In this document: positions 1 through 12,738 of the stretch, one piece after another
Layout: each line of letters opens with the position of its first letter
How positions within the stretch are numbered: position 1 is the stretch's first letter
From: Octopus sinensis
Lineage: Eukaryota
Assembly (NCBI RefSeq): GCF_006345805.1
Contig: NC_043005.1
Location: forward strand, 82,584,001 to 82,648,000
Reading direction: 5' to 3'
DNA: 64,000 bases
Program-made: the position numbers and the translations under genes
Notes under the pieces: model-generated
The model's database searches: none
What the model was told of the DNA's origin: nothing
Seen by the model: the letters and a program-made list of their open reading frames with translations, nothing else

Positions 1-181
1 ATATATATATACACACACGCACACACCACACACATATAATATATGTATAAATATGTATGTGTGTGTGTGTATATATATATATATATGTACGTATGTAAGT
101 GTATATATATATACACACAGACACGCACGCACGCACCCACATACATATACACACACATATATACAAACACACACACATGTG
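1..181. repeat. Compound (TA)n/(CA)n microsatellite
   Basis: Directly visible dinucleotide runs. Confidence 0.95.
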
Positions 182-842
182 TATCTGACTACTGACTGAC
201 TTGCAACCGTCCTCTTTGTTCTCCGTTCTCATTAACTATGAAAGCATACATGCATATCAAAGGGTTTTCAAAACTAAAATTACACCTAGAGATAACACAA
301 CAATAAATAGCGAAGACGAAGAGAACATTGCGCCTTAGAAAGTTTAAAAATAAACTAAAAAAATGAAACGAAGAAGGAAGCTATCGTTTCTTGTGCTCTT
401 ACGGGCATCAGATTTTTATAGCATTTCCTCAAACCAAAGTCTGGAGTAAATAACATGGAAACAATCTTATATATTATTATTTCAAAGGTATGTCTTTGAT
501 TATGTCAACATGACATCATCAAAAGAGATTTCTGGTCATAAAATCTGTATATACGCTTTTCTAATTATATTTGCTGACAACGCGTTTTCTTTAAGTTAAA
601 TCTGGTTTACTGTGTAAACATTGGAGAAATCAAATTGTGTCGTCAGTTTAAAATACTTTTGATATGTATAGGTATTTTCCGCAAATAATAACTGTAAGGG
701 TTGTATTGACTATAGAAAATAGTATAGTATTTGAAATATAGGTCCTCAACGGAAATAATAGGTATTAGTACGTGTAGAAATCGAACCTACATCTCTTATT
801 TTCTTGATAATGTGCAGACCGATTGGCCAAGTGCAGGCCAAC

Positions 843-962
843 GCTTTGGTTGGCCTGAGGCTATAGTAGAAGATACTTGCCGAAAGGTGCCACGCAGTGG
901 GACTGAACCCAGAACCATATGGTTAGGAAACAAGCTACTTACCACACATCCACGCCTACGCC
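843..962 (-). mobile_element. tRNA-derived SINE head fragment (family A, gcgcaggagtggctgtgtggtaag... type)
   Basis: Reverse complement matches the head of the copies at 4270 and 49100-49447 (ggcctgaggctatagtagaagatacttgcc...gtgccacgcagtgggactgaaccc). Confidence 0.85.
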
Positions 963-1499
963 TATATATATTTAATTATTTTAAATTTAATGTGATAGTT
1001 CTAGCGTATGGTTCGTCTACTTGATATCTCCAAAGTTTTAGTCTTCTGTGATATATATACTACATCTTACATTGCCATTTCTCTAAAACCAGTTCATGTC
1101 CGCGTGAATATTCAGAAATATATTAGAAATAATTCGATAATAAATTTTCTTTTATTATGACCTAAATTGAAAAAAATACATATATTGAATTTTTATCATT
1201 TCTACATCTCCATTTTATACGTGTACTTAAAATTTTCATTTACATTGTCTACAAAATAATTTTCTGAAAATGATCTTTTCATCTAAGGAAATAACAGAAT
1301 AGACATTTTTTTTAATATAAAAATTGACATAGGTTTCCTGTTATCTTCTAAGTTATCTTTTGTACTCCCAGACTGTTTTTAAAATGGATATTTTTTTTGT
1401 TTGCCTATTTATATATATATATATATTTTTGTATTATGAAAATGAAAAAATCGATATAGTTATTTATTTGTATTTTCTAAGGCCATTCGTTCAATATAA

Positions 1500-1660
<161 letters not shown>

Positions 1661-1879
1661 ATCCATTTTTTGTCTCAAAATGATATTCTTCTTTAGCTGT
1701 GTCCAAATCAGCGATATCTGAAATTTATTGGAATTTGTCTTTAAACGAATATAAAATATAATAGAATATCAGTAATTCAATTGTATTTTTCTCTTTATCG
1801 TTAATTAGGCCACAATATGCCTCACTATATGAGAGAACACACCTCAGTTAGTACACACATACAAGCGCACATATGATAG

Positions 1880-2625
1880 TATTAGGTCATCATAAATAAT
1901 GCAGTTCTTTATACTTCTTTTATTTTTTTAAATTAAGGTAAACAAAACTCTTTTCTAATCTAAGATATACTCTCATTCATTTTCTACAATATTCTTCCAT
2001 CTATCTGGTTGACTTGCAAGACCCCTTCACTTGTCCGTGATGACAAATACTCCTCCAGTACTGATCTGGCCTTGTCTACAGAATTCATATTTTTTTACGT
2101 CCAAATGATTTTGAAAACTGCGGAATAAATAATAATCAGATGGGGCATGATCGGTGAATATGGTGGGTGAGGCATCGTTTCCCATTCAAAGTGCTCCAGC
2201 ATTAGGAATGTCATCTTCGCTGTATGTAGCCGAGCATTATCCTGATAGAAGAAAGACCTTTCGTTTTGAAACCAAAGATCGTCTTTTTTCCTCCGGCGCA
2301 GGTGTCGAATAATGATTAAATGACCAAATTCAAGCCTCTGTGATACTTCCTCAATAGTTACGATGGAATATTACCCCACCAGGGTTTGCAGGTCTTCGTC
2401 GAGCTCTACAGATCTTCCAGGACGAGGCTCATCTTCTAGGTTGTAGCTTACGGCTCGGAATTTCTGGAAAGACTGTTGACACAGGTTTACGCCTATTGTC
2501 CGACCCACTGCATTAATATTCCTCACACTTTCCTTTGCGTGGTTGCATTTATTGAACTCATAAAGCAAAATATGCTGAATATACTCTTTTCTCGAAAAAA
2601 ACCTGTTAAAACCTCTTCATAACTT
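1880..2625 (-). mobile_element. Internally deleted mariner transposon relic
   Basis: ORF 2371-2568 is a mariner N-terminal HTH (LYEFNK...FQKFR...LEDEPRPGRSVELDED). It joins directly to a degraded catalytic C-terminus (QDNARLHT, HPPYSP-like, DRWKNIVEN). A TIR-like tattaggtcatcataaataatgcagtt lies at 1880. Confidence 0.85.
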
Positions 2626-2729
2626 ACACTAAGAATAAGAACAAGGTAAAATTACTATTTTGCTATTATAACAAGTTGATGCAGGTTGTTTATCTCGTCC
2701 CCTCCGACTTTTAGTTAATGCAGGTGAAA

Positions 2730-3420
2730 AAGCCAAACACAAACACACACACATTTACACACAACTACATATGTAACTTACACGCAACATATGTATTTAC
2801 TGAACATACACACGTTGACATATCGTAATTATGTACAGAATCTCTTCACCTACACTGACACACACACTCAAAAGCAAGCACGTACGTACGCACACAGGCA
2901 CACATCCCCTACACTCAATCGCACTGACACGAACACGTATGTACGCACAGGGACAGTCATGCACTCATATGAACATCACGTACTCGACCCCACGTCCGTT
3001 TACTCACAACCCGGACACACACGCACACAGATAATAACTACATATACACATTTACACCCATCACACACAAGTATCTTACGCACACCCACACACTAATACA
3101 CACAATGGCCTTTTTGAACCTCTCCTGTCTTCAAAACTACTTTCTTGTTGCCAATGTTCTGATCAGTTATTTTTTGGCAATGTAACGACGACACGTGATT
3201 TTCTCTGGACTTTGTATCACCTTACTTTTCTTGTTCTCATTTCTTGTTCTCTTTTCTTGTTCTTTTCCTCATTCCGATGAAGAGCCATGCGCGAAACGTT
3301 ATTTCCACTCCTATTTTTCCAATCGAATTTTTCTCTGATCATCAATCTAATATATTCCCTGTGTGCGTATAATTGGACTTTTTGCTGTTTATTTCCAGTT
3401 TCTTATTTTTTATTCGTATA
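2730..3420 (+). mobile_element. Probable 3' remnant (CA-rich UTR plus pseudo-LTR) of a Penelope-like element, with degenerate hammerhead motif at 3274-3300
   Basis: ccgatgaagagccatgcgcgaaacgtt resembles the ctgttgaagagcgtaggctcgaaacgtt motif at the 3' end of the PLE at 47907; similar CA-rich then pyrimidine-rich layout. Confidence 0.5.
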
Positions 3421-3470
3421 TTACATCATGCCTACATACTCTGTCGACTGAGATCCATGTTGAAAGGCTA

Positions 3471-3860
3471 CTGGATGGAAGCACTCCGTCGGTTACGACG
3501 ATGAGGGTTCCGGTTGATCCGAATCAACGGAACAGCCTGCTCGTGAAATTAACGTGTAAGTGGCTGAGCACTCCACAGACACGTGTACCCTTAACGTAGT
3601 TCTCGGGGATATTCAGCGTGACACAGAGAGTGACAAGGCCGGCCCCTTGAAATACAGGTACAACAGAAACAGGAAGTAAGAATGAGAGAATGTTGTGGTG
3701 AAAGAGTACAGCAGGGATCATCATCATCCCTGTCGGAGCCTCGTGGAGCTTTAGGTGTTTTCGCTCAATAAACACTCACAACGCCCGGTCTGGGAATCGA
3801 AACCGCGATCCTACGACCGCGAGTCCGCTGCCCTAACCACTGGGCCATTGCACCTCCACC
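3471..3860 (-). mobile_element. Full-length tRNA-derived SINE (family B) with 10-bp target-site duplication
   Basis: Head ggtggaggtgcaatggcccagtggttagggcagcggactcgcggtcgtaggatcgcggtttcgattccc has A and B boxes; direct repeat tgaaaggcta at 3461-3470 and 3861-3870. Confidence 0.9.
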
Positions 3861-4134
3861 TGAAAGGCTATTAATGTTAAGTAACAAGGTAAACGCTAAT
3901 GATATGCAAATTAGTGGTTCCAGGTCTCTGTAGCTACTTAATTTTTGAGTATATAAACAGCTTGGCTGCGTGCTTATATGCGATTGACCAAAGACATGTA
4001 GAGTCATTTATTGGGAAGCCAATAACGTTCCAATACCGATTAAGGCTGTTAGTCATTCCTTTTCAATCCACAGAAAAACATTAAAATCTTCCTTGTTGAA
4101 ATATCAGCTACACACACACACACACACACACACA

Positions 4135-4260
<126 letters not shown>

Positions 4261-4269
4261 ATATATATA

Positions 4270-4541
4270 GGCGCAGGAGTGGCTGTGTGGTAAGTAGCTT
4301 GTTTACCAACCACATGGTCCGGGTTCAGTCCCACTGCGTGGCACCTTGGGCAAGTGTATTCTACTATAGCCTCGGGCCGACCAAAGCCTTGTGAGTGAAT
4401 TTGGTAGACGGAAACTGAAAGAAGCCCGTCGTATATATGTATACTGGGCTTACAAAAGAATAAGTCCCGGGGTCGAGTTGCTCGATTAAAGGCGGTGCTC
4501 CAGCATGGCCGCAGTCAAATGACTGAAACAAGTAAAAGAGT
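4270..4541 (+). mobile_element. SINE family A, internally deleted copy (head joined to tail)
   Basis: tRNA-like head with gggttcagtccc B box; tail ggcggtgctccagcatggccgcagtcaaatgactgaaacaagtaaaagag matches the copy at 48830. Confidence 0.88.
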
Positions 4542-4929
4542 ATATATATATGTGTGTGTGTGTGTGTGATGTATGTAAAAATCATACATGTGATATGTAT
4601 ATTAGGGTCGTAAGACCCTTTCTGTTTATTTCCTTGAGCTTGTATATGTACATTCGTTTGCCTTGCTCAGGATTTTAGCGCTCGGCCCGACTGGTATTGA
4701 GTAGTATCGCAGAGGACTGAGCTAAATTTCGTGACATTCCAGACTCCAACTTAAAAAGCAATTGGCTGCGAATAATCCGTGTACCTTGTCCTGTTTGCCG
4801 ATGTTGTGCTATCGTCCTTTTCCTGCTTGTTATGTTTTCACGATTTCCGTTTGTTGTTTTTTTACTTTTGATTTATGTATATACACACACACACAGACAC
4901 ACACACACGCACACACACACACACACACG

Positions 4930-5014
<85 letters not shown>

Positions 5015-6034
5015 GCATATAATCATATATGTGATGTTTATATCATATAATTATATATAGATGAATATAGCGTGCGCTTCCCAAATTAAAACATTATGAG
5101 AATTGGCCACGTCAAGAAAGTAATTACTAATAAAAAGACAAGTTTTGATTATCGGGAGTCTATATAAAAACAAAAACAAAAAAAATCTCACGTACTACTC
5201 CTGCCAAGTTCGCTGCGACTACAATTATGAAGATATCGTAGAAAGCATTTTCCAAATACACTTAGCATCGAGTTAAGAAATTATCCAGATCTGGAATCCG
5301 GTGATTTACACAACTCGCACACCTAGATTTTTAAATTCCTGAATATCGAGATAGACATCTTTGGATATGAAAGGTTAGTTGAAGTACTCGGAAGTGGCAA
5401 ACGTGGAGTTTTCAAACGCTGTAACCATAGAGGACTTACTTTGGCCTGGACGTGTGAGGGTTCCTCGGTTGTTTAAAAGCGTTCTTTTAGAGGAAACGTC
5501 CTTTAGTATTGTTAGTGAATACGTCCTTCGATTCATGTTGGAACTGAGTACCCAACAGGGGAGGGCTGAGTCATATTGGTTGACCGTTTCCAACTGCTCA
5601 ACGACTAGTGATACACCTCATCAACTCAGCTATGTCATTAAACAATGATGCCCATGTTTTTATTAGCTCTGGTTGAAGTATTGTGATTACTTACACAATC
5701 AACACACACACACAAACACACACACACACACACATGCGCGCGCATTCATATATACAGATAGAAACACATACGTATATATATATGGTTTCTGCACGTTTCC
5801 TTTGCAATGTAAAGAATACAAACATAAGCGTTTTCTCCATCACTTTCGTGTATTTGAAAATATTTTTAAACAGGATATATTTCAAGGGAAGACAAGCTAG
5901 GATTAGCAGCTGAATAATCGGACAGCTACCCCTCCATGCGCTGATATTACGTGCTTTTAAGTTATAATGTGTTAATGAATACGCTAGACATATGTATAGA
6001 GTTCAATAATTTTATGGCTTCTTGCTGAATCAAC

Positions 6035-6155
<121 letters not shown>

Positions 6156-6192
6156 ATTATATATATTATATATATATATATACATATATGAT

Positions 6193-6401
6193 AAAATATT
6201 AGGGAGCAAATTCAAACTTACAGGAAAAATTAGATTTAGGATTAAATCTAATTTTATAGTATAAATATATATTATATTAAATTAGAGATAAATGTTTTAA
6301 AGTTTAATTTATTAACTTAAATAATTTTTATATTTTATATTTTTTATATTTTTTTAATTAATATTATTTCTACGTGTTGGCTTATGATTATCTCTAATTT
6401 A

Positions 6402-6405
<4 letters not shown>
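6193..6405 (-). repeat. (TA)n-flanked cassette, partial relative of the hammerhead cassette at 28788-29033, with short internal inverted repeat
   Basis: aaatattagggagcaaattcaaacttacaggaaaaattagatttaggattaaatctaattttatagt closely matches 28790-28860; attaaattagagataa / ttatctctaatttaat is inverted. Confidence 0.7.
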
Positions 6406-6468
<63 letters not shown>

Positions 6469-6519
6469 TATATACTAGCAGAGATGATGAATCATGTATA
6501 TACATGTATATATATATAT

Positions 6520-6596
<77 letters not shown>

Positions 6597-6630
6597 CTAG
6601 CAGAGATGCCCGGCGTTGCCCGGTTACATT
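6597..6630 (-). mobile_element. Helitron-type 3' terminus (subterminal GC hairpin plus CTAG); extent of the element body unclear
   Basis: Minus strand reads ccgggcaacgccgggcatctctgCTAG|t, a GC-rich hairpin a few nt upstream of terminal CTAG followed by T. Confidence 0.6.
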
Positions 6631-7804
6631 CAATTGAAGGATTAGACTTTTCTGCTATATTTTCTGTAATGAACTGGGATATCTATGTTTCGAATTTCAT
6701 CAAAATTGCAGATGAGGTTTATTTCCCTCTTTACACACCCTAAAAAAATTCTAATCGTACCACATGTATCCCATACTACTGATTTTTATGCGCATATTCC
6801 AAAATTCCAGTCTTATTGAACCTGTTAAAAAGATTTTGCTCCTGAAAAATGAAGGTCATGGAGCTCTAAAATGTGAGAGTTAAGGCCCCTGTTGGGGGTG
6901 GGCATCTTAATGTTAACCAGAGATGTTGAATTGTTGAAAATCTTTTTAACTTGGGTTTATATCTCTTGTTTGAATTTCTTTGAAATAGGAAATATATGTT
7001 CACCGGGTAGGATTCCTCACCATCCAGGTGACAGGCACAGCCGTAAGATGCATTATGAATCTATAGCAATTGGAAGGGCGTGACCCAACTGAAATCAACA
7101 TTAACAACTGTGTGACGTGAGGGCTAAGGAGAAATTAAAGTGCCACCTCTATACTGATACGTAACTCGACAGAATAAATTTAAGATCTATAAATATCTTT
7201 GAATAACCAGTCACACATCTGGGAAGGCCTTGAAATCAATGTTACCATCTGGGGACTATGTGTGACTGAGTAATAATAAAAAGACTGAAAGGAGGTCTGC
7301 AATCAAATAACTTTACTCAACACTTTGCAACTGAATCAGTGGAGGCAAAGATGCCTCACATTTACTTAACAATTGATGCACCACTTTACAGAAATCACAA
7401 TGTAAGTGTATGTCAAAGCAAACTGTTACACTGTTGTACCATTCAATTAGAAATAATGCCCGACTTTTATGGTCGGGTAACCCTACAGCGTCCAAGAGCA
7501 CAACTGTATTCGTTTTTGCTTAGATAAAATGACAAAATTGTGGGTGTTAAGTCCCCATGGAGGGAGTCTTTCTAACTTTGTAAGAAGATGAAATTTTATA
7601 AATATTACTTCATTTGTGTCTAATATATATGCTTAAAGTTTCATCAACAGCAAAAATATATGAATTGTCATGGGTGTTATGGCTCTTATGCATAGAATAT
7701 AATTTCCAAATTTCATAAAGATCCGTTCAGTACTTTTGACCTAGATTTGGATCATAAAAGAAATGACTAAAATTGGGATCTAAGGCTCCCATTAGGGTGT
7801 TTTA

Positions 7805-7805
7805 G

Positions 7806-7840
<35 letters not shown>

Positions 7841-7858
7841 ATATATAATATATATATA

Positions 7859-7908
<50 letters not shown>

Positions 7909-7938
7909 GTATAGATATATATATATATATATATATAT

Positions 7939-8013
<75 letters not shown>

Positions 8014-8035
8014 GATAGAAATATACACACACACA
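7805..8035. repeat. Compound (TA)n/(TATG)n/(GATA)n microsatellite
   Basis: Directly visible. Confidence 0.95.
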
Positions 8036-8312
8036 TACAAAGATAAACTGATAGATACAACTGAGTGGGCAAACAAAAAGATGAGACACAGCTTAGTGCT
8101 TTTTATGTTGATAAGCCTAGTATTTATTCTATTAGTTTGTTCTTGTGAAACGAGTAAGTTATGTGGATGTAAATAAATGAACAGCAGTTGTGAAGCAGTG
8201 ATGAGGGCAAAACACAGAGACAAAGACACACACATACACTTGCGTATATACATACATACATATATATATACGATTGATTTGTTTCAGTTCCTGTCTACGA
8301 AATCCATATATA
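8036..8312 (-). mobile_element. SINE family A body, tandem duplicate of 11157-11420
   Basis: gatagatacaactgagtgggcaaacaaaaa...gttgtgaagcagtgatgaggg is shared by both copies. Confidence 0.8.
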
Positions 8313-11042
8313 TTGTTGTTGGCATCCTTTTTGTCTCGAGAGAAAATGGAGTTGCGCATAAAATAATCTAGTCCGGCTTTTACATTTCATGTCCTAATAC
8401 ATCTCCTTCTGTGGCTGTGTAGTCCTATCCTGGACAAACACTCCCTCTGGCAGGTGCCGCAAATGTAGCGAAGACTTTGCCTGGCTGGTTGTAATGTCAT
8501 AGTTTCTTGTTGACGTCTTTTCTTGTCTCTCCATTTCTCCTCTCTCTCTCTATGTCACTCCTTTGTGTTCCCTCTTTTACGGTACGTCGCCAATCTCCAC
8601 GACTGCTGGCAACTGCTTCCCAGTTGGTAATATTGATGTTGCAGGCATTCATGTCCCTTTTGCAAACATCCTTGTATCGTAAGAAAGGTCTTCCCACAGA
8701 CCTAGTGCCCCTATCAAGCTCTCCGTTGAGTATGTCCTTGGGGATTCTGCCATCTTCCATACGGCTAACATGTCCAAGCCATCTCATACACCTTTGTGTG
8801 AGGAGTGCAAACATGCTTGGTATTCCTGCTTGCTTGAGAACATCTTTGTTGGGAACATGATTCTGCCATTTGATGCGAAGGAGTTTCCGAAGACAGCGCA
8901 GGTGAAAGATATTTAGGCGACGCTCTTGGCGTGTGTATGACGTCCAAGTCTCACCTCCATACAGTAGAGTGCTAAGTACACATGCCTGGTAAATCTTCAT
9001 TTTTGTGGTCTTGGTCAGCTTATTGTTGTCCCATGCCCGTTTGGAGAGTTGGGCCATCACAGCAGCTGCCTTGCCAATGCGTATATTGAGCTCAGCATCA
9101 AGGGAGAGGTTGTAGATGACGGAAGAGCCAAGATAGGTAAACTTCTTCACCTACTGTAGTCTGTGGTCTCCAATATGTATGTTTGGGATGTCCGATGTAG
9201 CCTGACCCATGATGTTGGTCTTCCTGAGGCTGATAACTAAGCCAAAGTTGCCACATGCTTGCTCAAAGCAGTTGATGAGCCTTTGTAGGGCTTCTTCTGT
9301 GTGTGATACCAGAGCGGCATCATCAGCAAATAGCATCTCCTTGATCAGGACGCTTCTGATTTTGGTCTTGGCACGCAGACGCGAGAGATTGAACAGTTTC
9401 CAATCACTTCTACTGTGCAGAAACACTCCATCATTTGATATCTCAAAGGCATGTGACAGCAGCAGCGAGAAGAAGATGCCAAATAATGTAGAAGCAAGGA
9501 CACAACCTTGCTTTACCCCATTTTGTATTTGGAAGGCGGCTGATGTTGAACCATTGTGCTGTATGGTGCCTTGCATATCATCATGAAAAGATTTGATGAC
9601 CCTCAGCAGCTTTGGTGGACATCCGATTTTTGGAGCAGGATGAAGATGCCTTTTCTACTTACCAAGTCAAAGGCCTTTGTCAGATCAATGAAGGCAATAT
9701 ATAATGGCATTTTCTGCTCTCTGGACTACCCCCGAAGTTGACGTATGGAGAATATCATGTCAATAGTTGATCTGCTTCTTCTAAAGCCACACTGCGATTC
9801 TGGCTAAATTCGAGAAGCAAGCAGTTGCAGCCTGGACAGGATAATGCGAGCAGAGGCCTTTCCAACAGTGCTTAGAAGAGATATTCCACGGTAATTGTTA
9901 CAATCACAACGGTCACTTTTGTTTTTGTAAAGCGTAATGATGTTAGCATCCCGCATATCCTGAGGGACTGTACCCTCTTCACAGCACTGACACAGAAGCT
10001 CATGAAGGTGCCGAAGCAGGATGGTGTTTTTTCCGATTTTGATGATCTCTAAGGGTATGCTGTCTTTTCCCGGAGCCTTGTTACTTGCTAGGGAGTCAAT
10101 AGCCTTGGTGAGCTCTGCTATAGATGGTAGACTTTCAAGTTCACACATGACTGGCAAGATCTTGACACCCTCGATTGCAGCCTCATCTACCGTGGTCCCC
10201 TGTGAGTTCAGATCCTGCTAGTACTCCACCCATCTATCCATTTGCTTGGTTTGGTCCTTGATGAGATCCCCAGTAGTTGATTTCAGAGGGGCTGACTTGG
10301 TTGCGGATGGATCGAGGGCCTTCTTCAAACCGGCATACATCCCATGGGTGTCCCCACTGTCAGCAGCTGACTGGATACTCTGACAGATTTCCTGCCAATA
10401 CCTATTTGTGCAGCGTCTTGCAGTCAGTTGGGTTTTATTTCTTGCCTTTCTGAGTTCTTCGAGTGACTTTGTAGAAGAATCACTTTGGAATTCCATCAGA
10501 GCTCCACGCTTTGCTTCGATAACTGTTTCCAGCTCTGAGAGCCCAGCACTGAACAAAATCTGGATTTTGCCTTTCTCTCATGCCGAAAGTATCTATTGAT
10601 GCGGTATACAAAGCTTCCCTGATATAATTCCACCTACTTTCAGCAGAGGTGGTTGGGCAGCTACTGAGGGCAACTTTGATAGAAACAGCAAAACATTGTC
10701 GCGGTGTAGGGTCCGAGGTTTTGGCAGTGTTAATGCGTGGTCGGCCAATTTTCTTGGAGTAATGGACTTTTTTAGGCAGAATCCTCACCCTGCTTCTTAT
10801 TAGTGAATGATTTGTGTCACAATCCACGCTGTGGTAACTAAGGGTCAGTTGAACAGAATTCTGAAAGGATCTTCGTCGTAATGATGAGATCCAGCTGATG
10901 CTAGTGATGAGATCTTGGATGTCTCCAAGATGCCTTGTGGAATGTCTTGTTGGCAAAGAATGAGTTAGTGATGCACAGGTTATGGTATGTGCAAAATTCA
11001 AGTAGTCTCTGGTCATTGTCAATTCATGTTCCCAATACCAAA
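8313..11042 (-). mobile_element. RTE-clade (BovB-like) LINE, 5'-truncated, frameshifted APE-RT ORF
   Basis: ORFs 10218-10556, 9804-10157, 9151-9576 and 8497-9150 give NKAPGKDSIP, CNNYRGISLLS, QNGVKQGCVLA, LFADD, FTYLGS, LLYGGETW, WLGHVSRMEDGRIPK. A C-terminal CGTCQRECLSRIGLHSH finger and APE C-terminal remnants near 10850-11040 are present. The 3' end is ctctcgagacaaaaaggatgcc(aac)n. Confidence 0.95.
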
Positions 11043-11156
11043 ACACATACACTTACATATATACTTACATATATATACGATTGATTTGTTCCAGTTCCTG
11101 TCAACGAAATCCATATATATATGTATGTATGTATGTATACACACACACACACACAC

Positions 11157-11535
11157 ACAAATATAAATTGATAGATACAACTGAGTGGGCAAACAAAAAT
11201 ATGAGACACTGCGTAGTGCTGTTTTTATATTTTGATAAGCTTGGTACTTATTGTATCAGTTTCTTCTTGTGAAACCAGTAAGTTATGGGGTTGTAAATAA
11301 ACAAACACCAGTTGTGAAGCAGTGATGAGGGAGAAACACAAAGACACACACATAGACTTACATATATACATACATATACATACAATTGATTTCTTTCAGT
11401 TTCTGTCTACAAAATCCACTGACAAGGCTTTGGTTGGTCTGAGGCTATAGCAGAAAACACATGCCAAGTTACCACACAGTGGGACTGAACTGAGGACCAT
11501 GTGCTTTGGAACCAAGTTTTTTACCACACAGCCAC
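11157..11535 (-). mobile_element. SINE family A, diverged copy (head plus body)
   Basis: Head gtgggactgaac/ccacacagccac at 11470-11535, contiguous with the body. Confidence 0.82.
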
Positions 11536-11539
11536 ACCT

Positions 11540-11784
11540 CACACCTGCAACTGTGTGTGTGTGTGTGTGTGCGTGCGTGTGTGTGTGTGTCTGTGTGTGT
11601 TTATCGGTGTGTATATGTGTGTATGGGTGTATATATGTATGCATGTATATATGTGTACATATTACATGTACATCTATATATACATCTAGACATACATGTT
11701 TACATATACATGTATACATATACAGCTATACATATGCATGTATACATATACATCCATATATATACATGTATATATATATATGAC

Positions 11785-11856
<72 letters not shown>

Positions 11857-11915
11857 GTATATATATATATGTATATATATATATATGTATTCTATATATT
11901 CATATATATATATGT
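11540..11915. repeat. (TG)n/(TA)n microsatellite complex
   Basis: Directly visible. Confidence 0.95.
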
Positions 11916-11989
11916 ATTCTAAAGCTTAACGCATCTTAATGATCATCAGTGACGTATATATTTCTGCCTTTAGGTTGTAAAATCGGGAA

Positions 11990-12690
11990 TTAGGCAGCCA
12001 TATTATTTATAATCCTCACACTACCACTTATGAAATATACATAGAGAGGGAGAGAGGGGGAGACAACATCCTGCATAGACAACATCGTATCTAACATCTC
12101 ACAAACTAACAGACGTAGAAACGCACCTACACCACCCCCTACTCCGACCTGCAGGTTTCGAAATCCTACCACCTGCCTTCTAAGAGGATCCTGCCGCGCA
12201 AGGGCTGTAGTATACAATGCCACCCTTACACCATCCGATGGCATTACTAGGCTCTACAGCCAATGACTTCAAGGGAAATAATTCACAGCATTTGCAATAG
12301 TTTAGATCCAGGGACAGAGAGGACTCGACTTCCCTGTCGCATTTTCTCTGGAGATTTCTGACCTCCAAGACTGATCACACACCATCAAGTGGACTATTAT
12401 CAACAGGACGCGACCGCATTCACCCGGCGACCCTAATTCACGCGTGTCTCCGAGAAAAACTCTATATCCTCTACCACCCCACAGATCCTATCAACAAGAA
12501 ATATGGAGTATCGTATTACTGCCAACAGAGGTACACCATTCTGGTAAATTTCATGCCACTGGCCGCCAACAACACGGATATGCCTTCGTAGTGTCAACTT
12601 TTCCTAGCACCGACTACACCAAGGGAACTATCACAAATTAACCCCCAATGAACAGCACCGCAAATCACCAATCCCAACACTTCTCCATGC
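11990..12690 (+). mobile_element. Penelope-like element GIY-YIG endonuclease C-terminal relic (different family from 45313)
   Basis: Conceptual translation across frameshifts: CRFRNPTTCLLRGSCRARAVVYNATL...TSLSHFLW...HTIKWTIINR...LREKLYIL...YCQQRY. This matches the C-P-L-x-G-x-C / VVYxA / LSxHxW / IxWxI / LCLxEK pattern of PLE endonucleases. Confidence 0.75.
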
Positions 12691-12738
12691 CTATATATAT
12701 ATATATATATATATATGGAGATTGTTCCATCTCCACAG

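Noticed and set aside
3790-3860. tRNA-like sequences at SINE heads (also 4270, 42498, 62241)
   Set aside because: A/B boxes run into SINE bodies with tails and TSDs; no complete cloverleaf, so not tRNA genes
7208-7268. 11-bp inverted repeat cagtcacacat/atgtgtgactg
   Set aside because: 39-nt unpaired loop; CA/TG-rich matches are expected by chance in this genome
8507-10599. Plus-strand ORFs 8507-8860, 9209-9586 and neighbours; also 58918-59427
   Set aside because: Antisense shadows of RTE coding sequence
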